Assembly: GCA_046484805.1 (NCBI GenBank)
Contig: JAWOIF010000185.1
Coordinates: forward strand, 42-64,041
DNA length: 64,000 bases
Source of the DNA: Bacteroidales bacterium
Lineage (GTDB): Bacteria > Bacteroidota > Bacteroidia > Bacteroidales > VadinHA17
Direction of reading: 5' to 3'
How positions within the stretch are numbered: the first letter of the stretch is position 1; the number at the start of each line of letters is the position of its first letter. The position numbers and the translations under genes were made by a program. Below, one piece after another: positions 47,887 to 56,895 of the stretch. The notes below the pieces were generated by a model. It ran no database searches, was not told the origin of the DNA, and saw only the letters and a list, made by a program, of their open reading frames with translations.

Positions 47887-48724
47887 CTTTATGATAGGGC
47901 CATTTATAGCATGTATGCTTCTAATATTCATAATGGTCTATTTCGGAATCCATGTACTTGAAAGAGAGATCATATTCATTGATATAGCCCTGGCGCAGAT
48001 AGCAGCACTGGGAAGTGCGGTTGCACTTGTTGTATCTGCCGGCAACTCAGGCCACATCCATGAGCACGAGGCCCGATCGATACTGCCTTATCTGTTCTGC
48101 CTGCTGGCAGCGGGCGTGTTCACTCTGCTGAAGAGCAAAAAGATCAGAATCCCTCTTGAGGCGATTATTGGTATTGCTTATGCCGTTGCAACCACCAGTG
48201 CCGTAATCATCCTTGACAAGGGAGCCGGAAGCGATGTGCACATACATGACATGCTCGCGGGAAGCATACTGTGGGTCTCGTGGCCCGAGATAATCCGCCT
48301 TCTTATTATTATTGCAGTTACTGCCGGTATCCACTTCATATTCAGGGACAAATTCAAGGCCGTAACCTTGCTGTATAAAGATAAAGAGACTGAAATAACC
48401 AATCCGAAACTCTGGGATTTTGTTTTCTACCTGACATTCGGTATAGTCATTGTCGAAGCTGTAAATGTGGGAGGTATTCTTACAATTTTTGGCTTCCTGA
48501 TTATTCCGGCATCAATTTCGGCCCTCTTTTCTAACAGGTGGACCCATAGGGTGTTGGTGGGATTGCTGGTCGGAGGTGTATCTACCATACTCGGTTTATA
48601 CCTCTCCTGGGTGATGGATGTCCCGTGTTCCCCCACAATTATTCTTTTTCTGGCAGTATGCCTGATTTTGTCAGTTCTGATCAGGGCAGCGATGAATTTC
48701 ACAAAAAGAAAGATAGCAACTTAA
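47870..48724 (+). CDS. metal ABC transporter permease (ABC-3 family), second subunit
   Basis: 284 aa, paralogous to the preceding permease. Its start overlaps the upstream stop by 17 nt. Confidence 0.88.
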   Translation: MATAISFMIGPFIACMLLIFIMVYFGIHVLEREIIFIDIALAQIAALGSAVALVVSAGNSGHIHEHEARSILPYLFCLLAAGVFTLLKSKKIRIPLEAIIGIAYAVATTSAVIILDKGAGSDVHIHDMLAGSILWVSWPEIIRLLIIIAVTAGIHFIFRDKFKAVTLLYKDKETEITNPKLWDFVFYLTFGIVIVEAVNVGGILTIFGFLIIPASISALFSNRWTHRVLVGLLVGGVSTILGLYLSWVMDVPCSPTIILFLAVCLILSVLIRAAMNFTKRKIAT

Positions 48725-48767
48725 AAAGCGACCTGGCGGGAATCGACCTTTCGAATTCTTTCTTTCA

Positions 48768-49508
48768 TCAAATACTGCCTGCAATCGCGGTTATGAATCC
48801 GTTGAAAGCCACCCAGGCTCCGCCGCTGATCAGGCTGTCAAACCTGTCAAGAAATCCCCCGTGCCCGGGTATGATATTACTGAAATCCTTTACCCCGTAT
48901 CTTCTTTTGTAGCAAGACGATAAAAAGTCGCCTATAAAAGCGAACAATACTACACCGGCTCCAAGCCATATTGCCTTGGGCGGAGCAACAATAATAAGAC
49001 TCTCTGCCAGAACTGAACTGAGAATGGCTACCAGCGCACCTCCAATAAGTCCTTCGACAGTTTTGCCCGGACTGACGGACTGACAGAGCTTCCTTCGTCC
49101 CCAGAGTTGACCGGTTATCTGACTGAACCCGTCAAATATTGAAAGTATCAGAAATGAGAACAGTATCACTCCCATATCCATTCCGCTGAATATGTAGAAG
49201 CCGTAAGAGAGAATGACGAAAAGGCATGTCGATAGCAAAAAGAATCCCTTCCTGCTGTATCCTGACCGCCAAAAGAGAGCAGCAAGCTCATAGAAACCCA
49301 CAGCGATGATGATCACTGCTAAAAACCTGAATAACTGTGTGTTAAAAACGATACTGAAAAACAGGAGATTAATTATAATGAAATAGGAGATCAGCTTTAC
49401 CCAGCTTTTCCGTGCCTCTGAAGCCTCCTTGTGGCGGTTGATAAAATAGAATGAGATTGCACCCAGGCTAAAGTATACAAGAATCAATATATAAATTCTC
49501 AGTATCAT
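48768..49508 (-). CDS. phosphatidate cytidylyltransferase (CdsA)-family protein, short form
   Basis: 246 aa, polytopic. The C-terminal CdsA signature is present (SCYKRRYGVKDFSNIIPGHGGFLDRFDSL). Confidence 0.85.
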   Translation of the reverse strand: MILRIYILILVYFSLGAISFYFINRHKEASEARKSWVKLISYFIIINLLFFSIVFNTQLFRFLAVIIIAVGFYELAALFWRSGYSRKGFFLLSTCLFVILSYGFYIFSGMDMGVILFSFLILSIFDGFSQITGQLWGRRKLCQSVSPGKTVEGLIGGALVAILSSVLAESLIIVAPPKAIWLGAGVVLFAFIGDFLSSCYKRRYGVKDFSNIIPGHGGFLDRFDSLISGGAWVAFNGFITAIAGSI

Positions 49509-49532
49509 AGAAGGTGTTGCCTGAATTATCTT

Positions 49533-50330
49533 TTATCCGATAATCATAAGAATACCAAATGCTATCATGCCCAGTGCATACCATTTCCTGACTGCTCCAT
49601 CTGCCCGGTTTACTCTAATTCTGGCGATTAGTCCCGGTCCGGCCAGGGCGCCAATAACCGCGCCCGAAGTAAGAAACCAGACCAGGGTAAGGTCGATTTC
49701 ACCTACAATAAAATGTGCAGTGAACGAGCTGATGGTATTCACGCTTACTACCAACAGGGTAGTGCCAAGCACCATCGACAGGGGCATCTGCATTGTAAAC
49801 ATTCCTGCCATGACAGGGGCGTTTCCACTGGTTCCGAAAGTGCCGGTAATCAGGCCTGCCAGAAAACCAAAGAAGAGACACTTAAAAACCTTCTGCATAC
49901 GTGAGCCGGCAGGCAGAACCGTTCCGTTAGCTTCAGCTCTTATACGTCTCCAGTTATTTATCAGCATATGAGTGGCAATCACTATCGAATAAACACCGAA
50001 ACTCGTCTTCAGGTGCTCTGCCGACATTACTTTTGCCAGACTGGCTCCGGCAATAGCTCCAAAAACCCCGGCTGCAGCAAAAGTCAGCCCCTTGCGTATA
50101 TCAAGATTCCCATGCCGATAATGGCCGTATGAGCCTACTATACAGATTGGAATAGTTGCTGACAGTGAGGTAGCAACAGCAATCTGTGGCTGCACATTGA
50201 AGAGAAGAGTTAATAAAGGCAGGAAAAAGAAACCGCCTCCCCCTCCTACCATCGAACCAATAAGGCCTACCACAAATCCTGCAAGAGGTAGCCATAGATA
50301 AACATATTCAAAAGTTGAATGATATATCAT
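49533..50330 (-). CDS. TauE/SafE-family membrane transporter
   Basis: Polytopic, with Gly-rich motifs (GSMVGGGGGFFFLP). I set the start at MIYHSTFEY, which gives an ATGA overlap with the upstream gene's stop. The track ORF starts at 50372. Confidence 0.82.
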   Translation of the reverse strand: MIYHSTFEYVYLWLPLAGFVVGLIGSMVGGGGGFFFLPLLTLLFNVQPQIAVATSLSATIPICIVGSYGHYRHGNLDIRKGLTFAAAGVFGAIAGASLAKVMSAEHLKTSFGVYSIVIATHMLINNWRRIRAEANGTVLPAGSRMQKVFKCLFFGFLAGLITGTFGTSGNAPVMAGMFTMQMPLSMVLGTTLLVVSVNTISSFTAHFIVGEIDLTLVWFLTSGAVIGALAGPGLIARIRVNRADGAVRKWYALGMIAFGILMIIG

Positions 50331-50920
50331 GATTGTTGTTTTGATCTGACATTCTTCTCCTTTAGTACCCAATAGAGTCCTTTGACATTTGACCTCATTT
50401 CCGGGATTACCAATTGTATTGCAATATGTTCAATGGCTCCCAGAATACCCCAAATAATCATAAAGTAGAAAAAAGGGGTTATAAACCCAATTGTAAAAAG
50501 GCAAATAAAGAATGCTCCCTGTATATACCCGCTAATCTTTGTCATATAAAGGTGAAAACTTGGCAGTCTGCCAAACTTAAAGAGTGCAACCACAATCGTA
50601 AGCATTAAAAAACCGATGAAAACAAAAAAACTCATCAAATGAGGCATAAATTCATCAAGTTTGAAAAAATAGATACCCACAAATGCAAGGAGGTAGGTAA
50701 AGTTGTCAGCAAACGAATCGAGCCTTGCCCCGAACTCCGATTCCATATTGAATCTGCGGGCAATATATCCGTCAGCAACATCAGTCAGAAGGCTAATCAC
50801 CAAAAATACTGCGAATAGACTTTCCCTCCCGGAGATAGCGAACCATAAAATAACCGGGAACATCAGCAGCCTGTAGAATCCCAGTATATTTGGCAGGGTA
50901 AAGATCCCGTCTCTTTTCAT
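50327..50920 (-). CDS. CDP-alcohol phosphatidyltransferase (PgsA-like)
   Basis: 197 aa with the DGx2ARx8Gx3Dx3D motif present (DGYIARRFNMESEFGARLDSFAD). Confidence 0.85.
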   Translation of the reverse strand: MKRDGIFTLPNILGFYRLLMFPVILWFAISGRESLFAVFLVISLLTDVADGYIARRFNMESEFGARLDSFADNFTYLLAFVGIYFFKLDEFMPHLMSFFVFIGFLMLTIVVALFKFGRLPSFHLYMTKISGYIQGAFFICLFTIGFITPFFYFMIIWGILGAIEHIAIQLVIPEMRSNVKGLYWVLKEKNVRSKQQS

Positions 50921-51012
50921 AGGCTCATCATCGAAGGGGGAAAAGTGCTATATGCTTTAATCATCCAAACCTTTTTGAATAACCAACTAATGAATACTAA
51001 AGATACACATAA

Positions 51013-51041
51013 TAAAAAAACCCCGGGTGTATGCCCGGGGT
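51013..51041 (-). terminator. rho-independent terminator after the DUF4382 gene
   Basis: The minus strand reads ccccgggcatacacccgggg followed by TTTTTTT. Confidence 0.8.
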
Positions 51042-51064
51042 TTATGATCATCGTAGAAACCATT

Positions 51065-51904
51065 CTACCTTATTGGTGTAAGTTCGAAGTTCTTTACAGT
51101 TCGATTACCTGCATAGATTTTCACGCCCTCAAATGATACCGTATCATATCCTGACTTTGTCGAGAACAGCGAATATGTACCCTCAGGAACACCAATAATT
51201 GCATACTTGCCGAGTGAATCGGTATATGATGAGGTTATTACAGTATCCTGCTTCAGCCATACAGCAGCATCCTTAAGCATATTCTCCGACTTATCAGTAA
51301 CAACTCCCTCAACCCTTCCGGCAGTTGTATTATTAACAACCCTGATAACCGGCTTGAAGATAAATCCTCTGATACCTGCCGGTGTAAACGGATTGCCCAT
51401 CAATACAAATGAACGTGAGAGATCAAAGTCGAGTAGCAGCTCTTCAGTAAGTCCGTCAGCCACAACGAGGGCCGGCTTTATTATTATCTTGATACCTGTC
51501 TGATGGCCGCTGGGTACCTTTACATTATACTCGGGACCATCCTTTAATTTAAGACCGGCCTCACTTACGTATAATCTTATCATTTCGTATTCACCCACCG
51601 GGATCTCCATGTCGAGAAGCTCATCAACGACTCCGTTCCTCAGTTCAAAGAGATCGAAAGTTGCAGTATCTTCAGTGAGCACAATAAACGGGTTCTCTTC
51701 AGATTCTTCATCGCATACTTTCTTCAGCTCCACCTTTGAAATTGTAATAGTGGCCGATTCTATGATATCCATCGGGAATGGGGCATCGGTCACCTTAACA
51801 ACCAGCCTTCCTGTACCTGAGTTATCATCTGCTTTCTGGCATGAGGGTGTCAGCGCTACTAACGCTGCAGCCATAACTAATAATAAAATCCATTTTGCTT
51901 TCAT
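51065..51904 (-). CDS. DUF4382 + carboxypeptidase-regulatory-like domain lipoprotein
   Basis: The start is at MKAKWILLLVMAAALVALTPSCQ (lipobox). An N-terminal DUF4382-like beta-sandwich (LVVKVTDAP..., VKVPSG) is followed by a C-terminal CarboxypepD_reg pattern (GRVEGVVTD...GTYSL). The track ORF extends to 52039. Confidence 0.7.
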   Translation of the reverse strand: MKAKWILLLVMAAALVALTPSCQKADDNSGTGRLVVKVTDAPFPMDIIESATITISKVELKKVCDEESEENPFIVLTEDTATFDLFELRNGVVDELLDMEIPVGEYEMIRLYVSEAGLKLKDGPEYNVKVPSGHQTGIKIIIKPALVVADGLTEELLLDFDLSRSFVLMGNPFTPAGIRGFIFKPVIRVVNNTTAGRVEGVVTDKSENMLKDAAVWLKQDTVITSSYTDSLGKYAIIGVPEGTYSLFSTKSGYDTVSFEGVKIYAGNRTVKNFELTPIR

Positions 51905-52066
51905 GATGCTTATTTTTTTTAAAGTTAGTAATTTTTCTTTATTTACCTGACTACATTCCTGACGGAAATTTTCCTTTACCGGTTTATACTGCGGTTCCTT
52001 TGACAGCCTTGCTGGTAACAGCCTTGCTGGCATTTGCACAAAAATGCACCCCTGAAGATGAAATTA

Positions 52067-53386
52067 TCATGAATTTTTCGGAAAATCGAATAAAAAATTA
52101 GTTCCCGAACCTTCTGTTGAGGTAACAGAGATATTAATTCCATGAAATTCAGCAATTGCCTTTGTAATAGCCAGACCTATGCCTGTTCCATCCTGGTATC
52201 TGGTACTACGGGCTTTAAATCTCAGAAATAGATTCTCCATCTGAGTCTCAGTCAGACCCCGACCTGTATCAGCGACTATTATTCTGTATCTTCCATTTGC
52301 AGTCTCTTCAAGGATGGTCACCCTGCCCCCCTGATCAGTATTCTTTACACCATTATATATAACGTTGAAAAACATTGAGAAGAGAAGCTCCTTGTTTGCA
52401 TTCTGAAAAAGATGATCAGCAGGACAATTATTGATCAGACTGATTCCCTTATCCTCTGCAACCGGATCAATCTCGGCAATAACTTCGGCTATTACTTCTC
52501 CCGGACTGACTGCTTCATTCTTCAGGTACTGACTACTCTCAATACGTGCAATGGTAAGAAGGGAGTTGACGAGGCCCTGTAACCTGTGGAGTGTCTTAAG
52601 GGATTCCTCAACCTTCAGAACAATTGCATCATCTATGTCATCCCTGACCAGTAGGTTTTCAAGCTTGCTCCTGATGATCGAAATCGGAGTCATAAGCTCA
52701 TGGGAGATGTTAATTGTTATTTCTTTCTCCTTACTGAACAATTCTTCTATCTGTGCCATCTGATCCGTCAGGGTCCTGTCAAGTTGAATAAAATCGGTGG
52801 TAGAGGTCCTGACAGGTACTCTGTCAAAGTTCCCCGGAGCAGTATTTTTCTTTAACTTGCCGGTTATCTTGTCAAGTGGCCGCAGGAGGATATTCGTAAA
52901 CTGCAGGTCGGCAATGAGGGTTATTACTACTATAAGGATAATAAAGAATATAATAACCCTGGTAATATTCTTTTTCGCCACTAAAATACTTTCGATACTT
53001 TTACCCACCTCAAGCAGGAATGGCTCATCATCAATAATAAGCGAATAGTGAAGCACCCTGTAATCAATCTCCTCCTCCTCAATCAACCTCTTTGATACTT
53101 CTATATGATTTACTACTCCTGTATGGTCAATACGTTCAATGCTTACAAACTCCTCCTTAAGTATGTTGTAGCTGCCAAATGCATCGTTGGTATCGGAACT
53201 TATAAACGGTTCAATCCCAATCTGCACAATAAGGTCGATAACCTGTTCCCGCTTTCTGATCAGTTCGTAATCAATCTGCCTCAGATTGATTCTTTCGATT
53301 ATGTAAGGAAGAACCATCAGAAACAGAAGCGAAACAGCGATTTTTGATACCATACTGAACAGGGCAAGCTTGAACTTCAATCTCAT
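52067..53386 (-). CDS. sensor histidine kinase
   Basis: 439 aa with two TM helices flanking a roughly 120-aa periplasmic segment. It has an H-box (SHELMTPISII) and an HATPase_c domain (DTGRGL, GTGIGLAI). Confidence 0.9.
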   Translation of the reverse strand: MRLKFKLALFSMVSKIAVSLLFLMVLPYIIERINLRQIDYELIRKREQVIDLIVQIGIEPFISSDTNDAFGSYNILKEEFVSIERIDHTGVVNHIEVSKRLIEEEEIDYRVLHYSLIIDDEPFLLEVGKSIESILVAKKNITRVIIFFIILIVVITLIADLQFTNILLRPLDKITGKLKKNTAPGNFDRVPVRTSTTDFIQLDRTLTDQMAQIEELFSKEKEITINISHELMTPISIIRSKLENLLVRDDIDDAIVLKVEESLKTLHRLQGLVNSLLTIARIESSQYLKNEAVSPGEVIAEVIAEIDPVAEDKGISLINNCPADHLFQNANKELLFSMFFNVIYNGVKNTDQGGRVTILEETANGRYRIIVADTGRGLTETQMENLFLRFKARSTRYQDGTGIGLAITKAIAEFHGINISVTSTEGSGTNFLFDFPKNS

Positions 53387-53407
53387 TACTAAAAGATATT
53401 TCGTTAA

Positions 53408-54088
53408 CTATTGCTCAAGTCGCACCCTGTAACCGACCCCTCTTATCGTCTCCAGCCAGGGTGTCGGGGCATAGGCATTTAGTTTCCTTCTCAGGTTTTT
53501 GATATGAACGTCTATAAAATTACTATCATACTGATCGTCAAGCATATTTCCCCATATATGCTCATATAACTGATATCGTGACAGAACCTTTTCATAGTTC
53601 AAAACCAGATACTGCAAAAGATTAAACTCTTTTCGGGTCAGTTCAACTTCAACTCCGGAATGGGTAACTATTCTTGACTGCAGGTTTATGGTAAATTCAC
53701 CCGCAACCATATCCTGATTAGCGACATTGAATTTTCTCCTTGCAACGGCATTGATACGGGACAACAGCTCCACCAGGGCGAAGGGCTTTGCAAGATAATC
53801 ATCGGCTCCCAGGTCAAGACCTTTAACCCTGTCTTCAACTGCACCACGGGCAGTAATTATAATAAATGAAGCTTCGCTGCCGAGTTCTTTCGCCTCCCTG
53901 ATCAGATCAAGCCCCTCATAATCAGGCAGCCCCAAATCGAGGAGAACGAAATCATAAAGATTGATGGCTATTTTTTCCGAGGCCTCTGCCCCGGTAAATG
54001 CCATGTCACAAATGAAGTTCTCCTTCCTGAGGAATGCTTCAATTTCAGCAGCCAGATTTTTTTCATCCTCTACTATTAGTAAATTCAT
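53408..54088 (-). CDS. OmpR/PhoB-type response regulator
   Basis: 226 aa. The REC domain (LLDLGLPDYEG) is followed by a winged-helix DNA-binding domain (IETIRGVGYRV). Confidence 0.92.
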   Translation of the reverse strand: MNLLIVEDEKNLAAEIEAFLRKENFICDMAFTGAEASEKIAINLYDFVLLDLGLPDYEGLDLIREAKELGSEASFIIITARGAVEDRVKGLDLGADDYLAKPFALVELLSRINAVARRKFNVANQDMVAGEFTINLQSRIVTHSGVEVELTRKEFNLLQYLVLNYEKVLSRYQLYEHIWGNMLDDQYDSNFIDVHIKNLRRKLNAYAPTPWLETIRGVGYRVRLEQ

Positions 54089-54098
54089 TTGGTGGTGC

Positions 54099-55001
54099 TT
54101 AAAATATCCTGAAATATGCTGATGCCATGAGAACGAATCCCTTTGAAATATATGCAGAATAGTCTGAACTGAGCGGCAGGATGTATCCCGCCTCTACCTC
54201 AATGGTGAATTTGTTAAAATTCAGCGACACCGGTAATCCAATGTCCGCCTCAAGCAGGCCGATCCTTCTGGAATAGAGTGTCTCGGAAGCAGTTTCATTT
54301 CTTCCTCCCGGTCTGCCGAACGGAGGGAAGGTCGAGAATACCGTGTCGGTAGTGGTAACCGTTTCAGCAGTTATAATTGTTCCTGCAATAATATTTATAT
54401 ACGGATCAAACGAAATATTGGCCCTGCCCCCAAAGATATCGGGTGTCTCAAAGTATCTTGAATTCCTGAACTGCAGGTATGCCTGAGAATAATCGGATAT
54501 AAGTCCTCCGAAAGAAATTTTGGAATAGAGAATCCTCCAGTCAAAACCAATTGTAAGATCACCGTATAAAAAGTTGCCGAAAAGGCTGTCCCTAAGCGAT
54601 GGTGCAACAAGATATCCATATAATCCGGCTGAGATATCAAACCAGGAGTTGAAAATATGACTCCAGGTTATTGAACCGCTATTAATTGGCAGGAAAGGCG
54701 ACAAACCGGAAAGGTGTATTGAAGAAAAGGAGATGTAGAATTCGCTGCTGACGGCATAGCTCAGTGCCGTATATGCATATGGCTGACCTTGCGAGATGGT
54801 TGATCCAAGATAAATCATGTTGTTACCGTATCCGATACCGCCATAGAGTCCTCCTGCAAGAGTTACATTCTCAACCACTGCAGTGTCTTCAGCTGTTTCA
54901 ACCATGGAACTTTGATCCTGGGAACAAACTATCAGCGATGATGCCAGATAAAGAGCGAAATAAAGAACCCCAGAACACAATCCTTTTACCGGAAAAACCA
55001 T
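54099..55001 (-). CDS. hypothetical outer-membrane beta-barrel-like protein
   Basis: 300 aa with a signal peptide, a Gly/Tyr/Ser-rich alternating pattern and a C-terminal aromatic residue (YFRIF). It lies 10 nt upstream of the response regulator. Confidence 0.5.
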   Translation of the reverse strand: MVFPVKGLCSGVLYFALYLASSLIVCSQDQSSMVETAEDTAVVENVTLAGGLYGGIGYGNNMIYLGSTISQGQPYAYTALSYAVSSEFYISFSSIHLSGLSPFLPINSGSITWSHIFNSWFDISAGLYGYLVAPSLRDSLFGNFLYGDLTIGFDWRILYSKISFGGLISDYSQAYLQFRNSRYFETPDIFGGRANISFDPYINIIAGTIITAETVTTTDTVFSTFPPFGRPGGRNETASETLYSRRIGLLEADIGLPVSLNFNKFTIEVEAGYILPLSSDYSAYISKGFVLMASAYFRIF

Positions 55002-55018
55002 CGACTGATATTTTTAAG

Positions 55019-55369
55019 TTACCTGCCGCCCTTTCTTCCTACTCCTGTCGGTTTACCTACACCCTTGGGTATTGCGGTACCTCCGGGCCTGATTACCACA
55101 GGAGGCCTTGCACCTTTTGCCTTGCTCATATCAGGCTTTGCACCCTTTACCTGCTTAATGGCCTTTGATGGATTATCTCCTGCAGATCTGCGTGCCCGCT
55201 GACTTATTATATTACCCTTTTGGTTCCCCTGAACTTCAGAAACGGTGCTTTTTGTCTCAACCCTGACCTTCATGGTGTCATTTACAACAGTTACCGTCTG
55301 TGCACTCATCATGAAAGAACTAAATATCATAAGTGCCAGAATAAATAATATCTTTTTTATCCCTTTCAT
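55019..55369 (-). CDS. small secreted protein with basic Gly/Lys/Pro-rich tail (hypothetical)
   Basis: 116 aa with a signal peptide. The low-complexity basic C-terminus reads KGAKPDMSKAKGARPPVVIRPGGTAIPKGVGKPTGVGRKGGR. Confidence 0.5.
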   Translation of the reverse strand: MKGIKKILFILALMIFSSFMMSAQTVTVVNDTMKVRVETKSTVSEVQGNQKGNIISQRARRSAGDNPSKAIKQVKGAKPDMSKAKGARPPVVIRPGGTAIPKGVGKPTGVGRKGGR

Positions 55370-55395
55370 ATCCCCATTTATTTCACTTGCAAATG

Positions 55396-55403
55396 CAAAT
55401 ATA
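55396..55403 (-). promoter_or_regulatory. -7 promoter box (TATATTTG) for the 55369-52067 operon
   Basis: The minus strand reads TATATTTG, 27 nt upstream of the ATG at 55369. Confidence 0.45.
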
Positions 55404-55522
55404 GTTAATATACTGTACTAAAACTAATTAAGCAATCATAGCATTGCTCTATCAAACAAATGTATACTGTAGAAAATGAAGAAAAGATGAAATTGCCAAA
55501 AACTTCGGCCTACCCAGCCTCC

Positions 55523-56320
55523 TCACCTCATGACCTTCACCACTATTCTCCGGTTTTGCGCTCTTCCGGCAGTCGTCTCATTCGAAGCCACAGGCATTGC
55601 CGATCCCACACCTGAAATCGCCAGGCGGTCGCGGGATATACCTTTCTGTATAAGCTCCAAAGCCACCGCATTGGCCCTGTCGACAGATATAAGCCTGTTG
55701 TCATACTCACGGCCTTCACTGTCAGTATGTCCCACAATCTCTACTTTCAGTGAAGCTTCGGCTTTTAACGCTTCAGCCAGAGCCGCTATGGCAGACACTG
55801 AATAGGACTGTAAATCAGAGCCCCGGTAGTTGAACCTGAGATAAAGCACGGTCTCGCCCTTTTCGTTCAGATCCTTTATAATGCCATCAGAAGTGACCCC
55901 CTGGTTGATCTCCGCCTTTTCCATGATACGCAGGGTATAGTAGAAATCCGCCGCCGACAGATCGGCCCACACCTCCACATCCTCCTGCTGAATTATCATG
56001 CACAGCTTGTCACCATCGTGCGGGCACATCCTTGCACCCAGCTCCTTCGCCCTCGAAGTGAATGCTGATAAAATCTTCGCAACTGACAGGTCAGCATCGC
56101 TCTCATAATAATAGAACAGCATTCTGCCGGCAATGACTATCTCATTGCCCTCCTCATCATAAAACTTGTGTGTGGCGGGCTCTCTGACATCATATTCCAG
56201 AAGGCTGAATCCCTTAATGCGGGGAAAAAGAGGGTGATCGGAGGAACCCGGGGCATCCTGGGCATTGAGATACAGCCCACAGCATAAGCTGATGATCAGT
56301 ATTGTCATTGATCTTTTCAT
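55523..56320 (-). CDS. OmpA-family peptidoglycan-binding protein with N-terminal DUF4892-like domain
   Basis: 265 aa with a signal peptide. The C-terminal OmpA_C motifs are VGHTDSEG, NRLISVDRANAV and NRRIVV. Confidence 0.85.
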   Translation of the reverse strand: MKRSMTILIISLCCGLYLNAQDAPGSSDHPLFPRIKGFSLLEYDVREPATHKFYDEEGNEIVIAGRMLFYYYESDADLSVAKILSAFTSRAKELGARMCPHDGDKLCMIIQQEDVEVWADLSAADFYYTLRIMEKAEINQGVTSDGIIKDLNEKGETVLYLRFNYRGSDLQSYSVSAIAALAEALKAEASLKVEIVGHTDSEGREYDNRLISVDRANAVALELIQKGISRDRLAISGVGSAMPVASNETTAGRAQNRRIVVKVMR

Positions 56321-56420
56321 AACAGAGTATATATTGTTACCTTAAAAGAATATCCCCGGAGAAAAGTCAACAAAAGGTAAGAAAAAGAAGGGTACGAAAC
56401 AAATTTTTAACAATCAGGCA

Positions 56421-56771
56421 CTACCGGCTTATTGTGACCCCCACTGAACCAATATTACCGCCGAGCGGCGGATTCATCTTTCTGATACTGACGGTCGCCT
56501 TTATGATTCCCGGCAAACTGGCATAGAGAGCATCCAGTATACGTGTGGCAATGTTCTCGAGAAGATACGATTTCTTCTCCATCTCATCTTTTACCGCACG
56601 GTAGGCAACCTGATAGTCTGTTGCATCCTCGAGCCTGTCTGTCTGCCCTGCCTTCTTCATGTCAGTCTCTATCTCAAGATCAACAATAAAACGGTTCCCG
56701 ACTATCTGCTCCTCACGGTAGTGACCGTGAAAAGCATAGAACTCCATGTTTTCAATTACTATTGTTCCCAT
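56421..56771 (-). CDS. folB: dihydroneopterin aldolase
   Basis: 116 aa with the FolB pattern (FYAFHGHYREEQIVGNRFIVDLEI). Confidence 0.88.
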   Translation of the reverse strand: MGTIVIENMEFYAFHGHYREEQIVGNRFIVDLEIETDMKKAGQTDRLEDATDYQVAYRAVKDEMEKKSYLLENIATRILDALYASLPGIIKATVSIRKMNPPLGGNIGSVGVTISR

Positions 56772-56860
56772 TTGCCTTACTTATGCAGACCAAATATACA
56801 ACAAGAGTCGAAATTCCGGAATTTTACGCCCGATAATTGATTCAGGTACTGAAACTGTTG

Positions 56861-56868
56861 TATTTTTG
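56861..56868 (+). promoter_or_regulatory. -7 promoter box (TATTTTTG) of glnS
   Basis: TAnnTTTG match 28 nt upstream of the glnS ATG. Confidence 0.45.
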
Positions 56869-56895
56869 CAACTGTTTTAAACAGAGTTACCCGAA

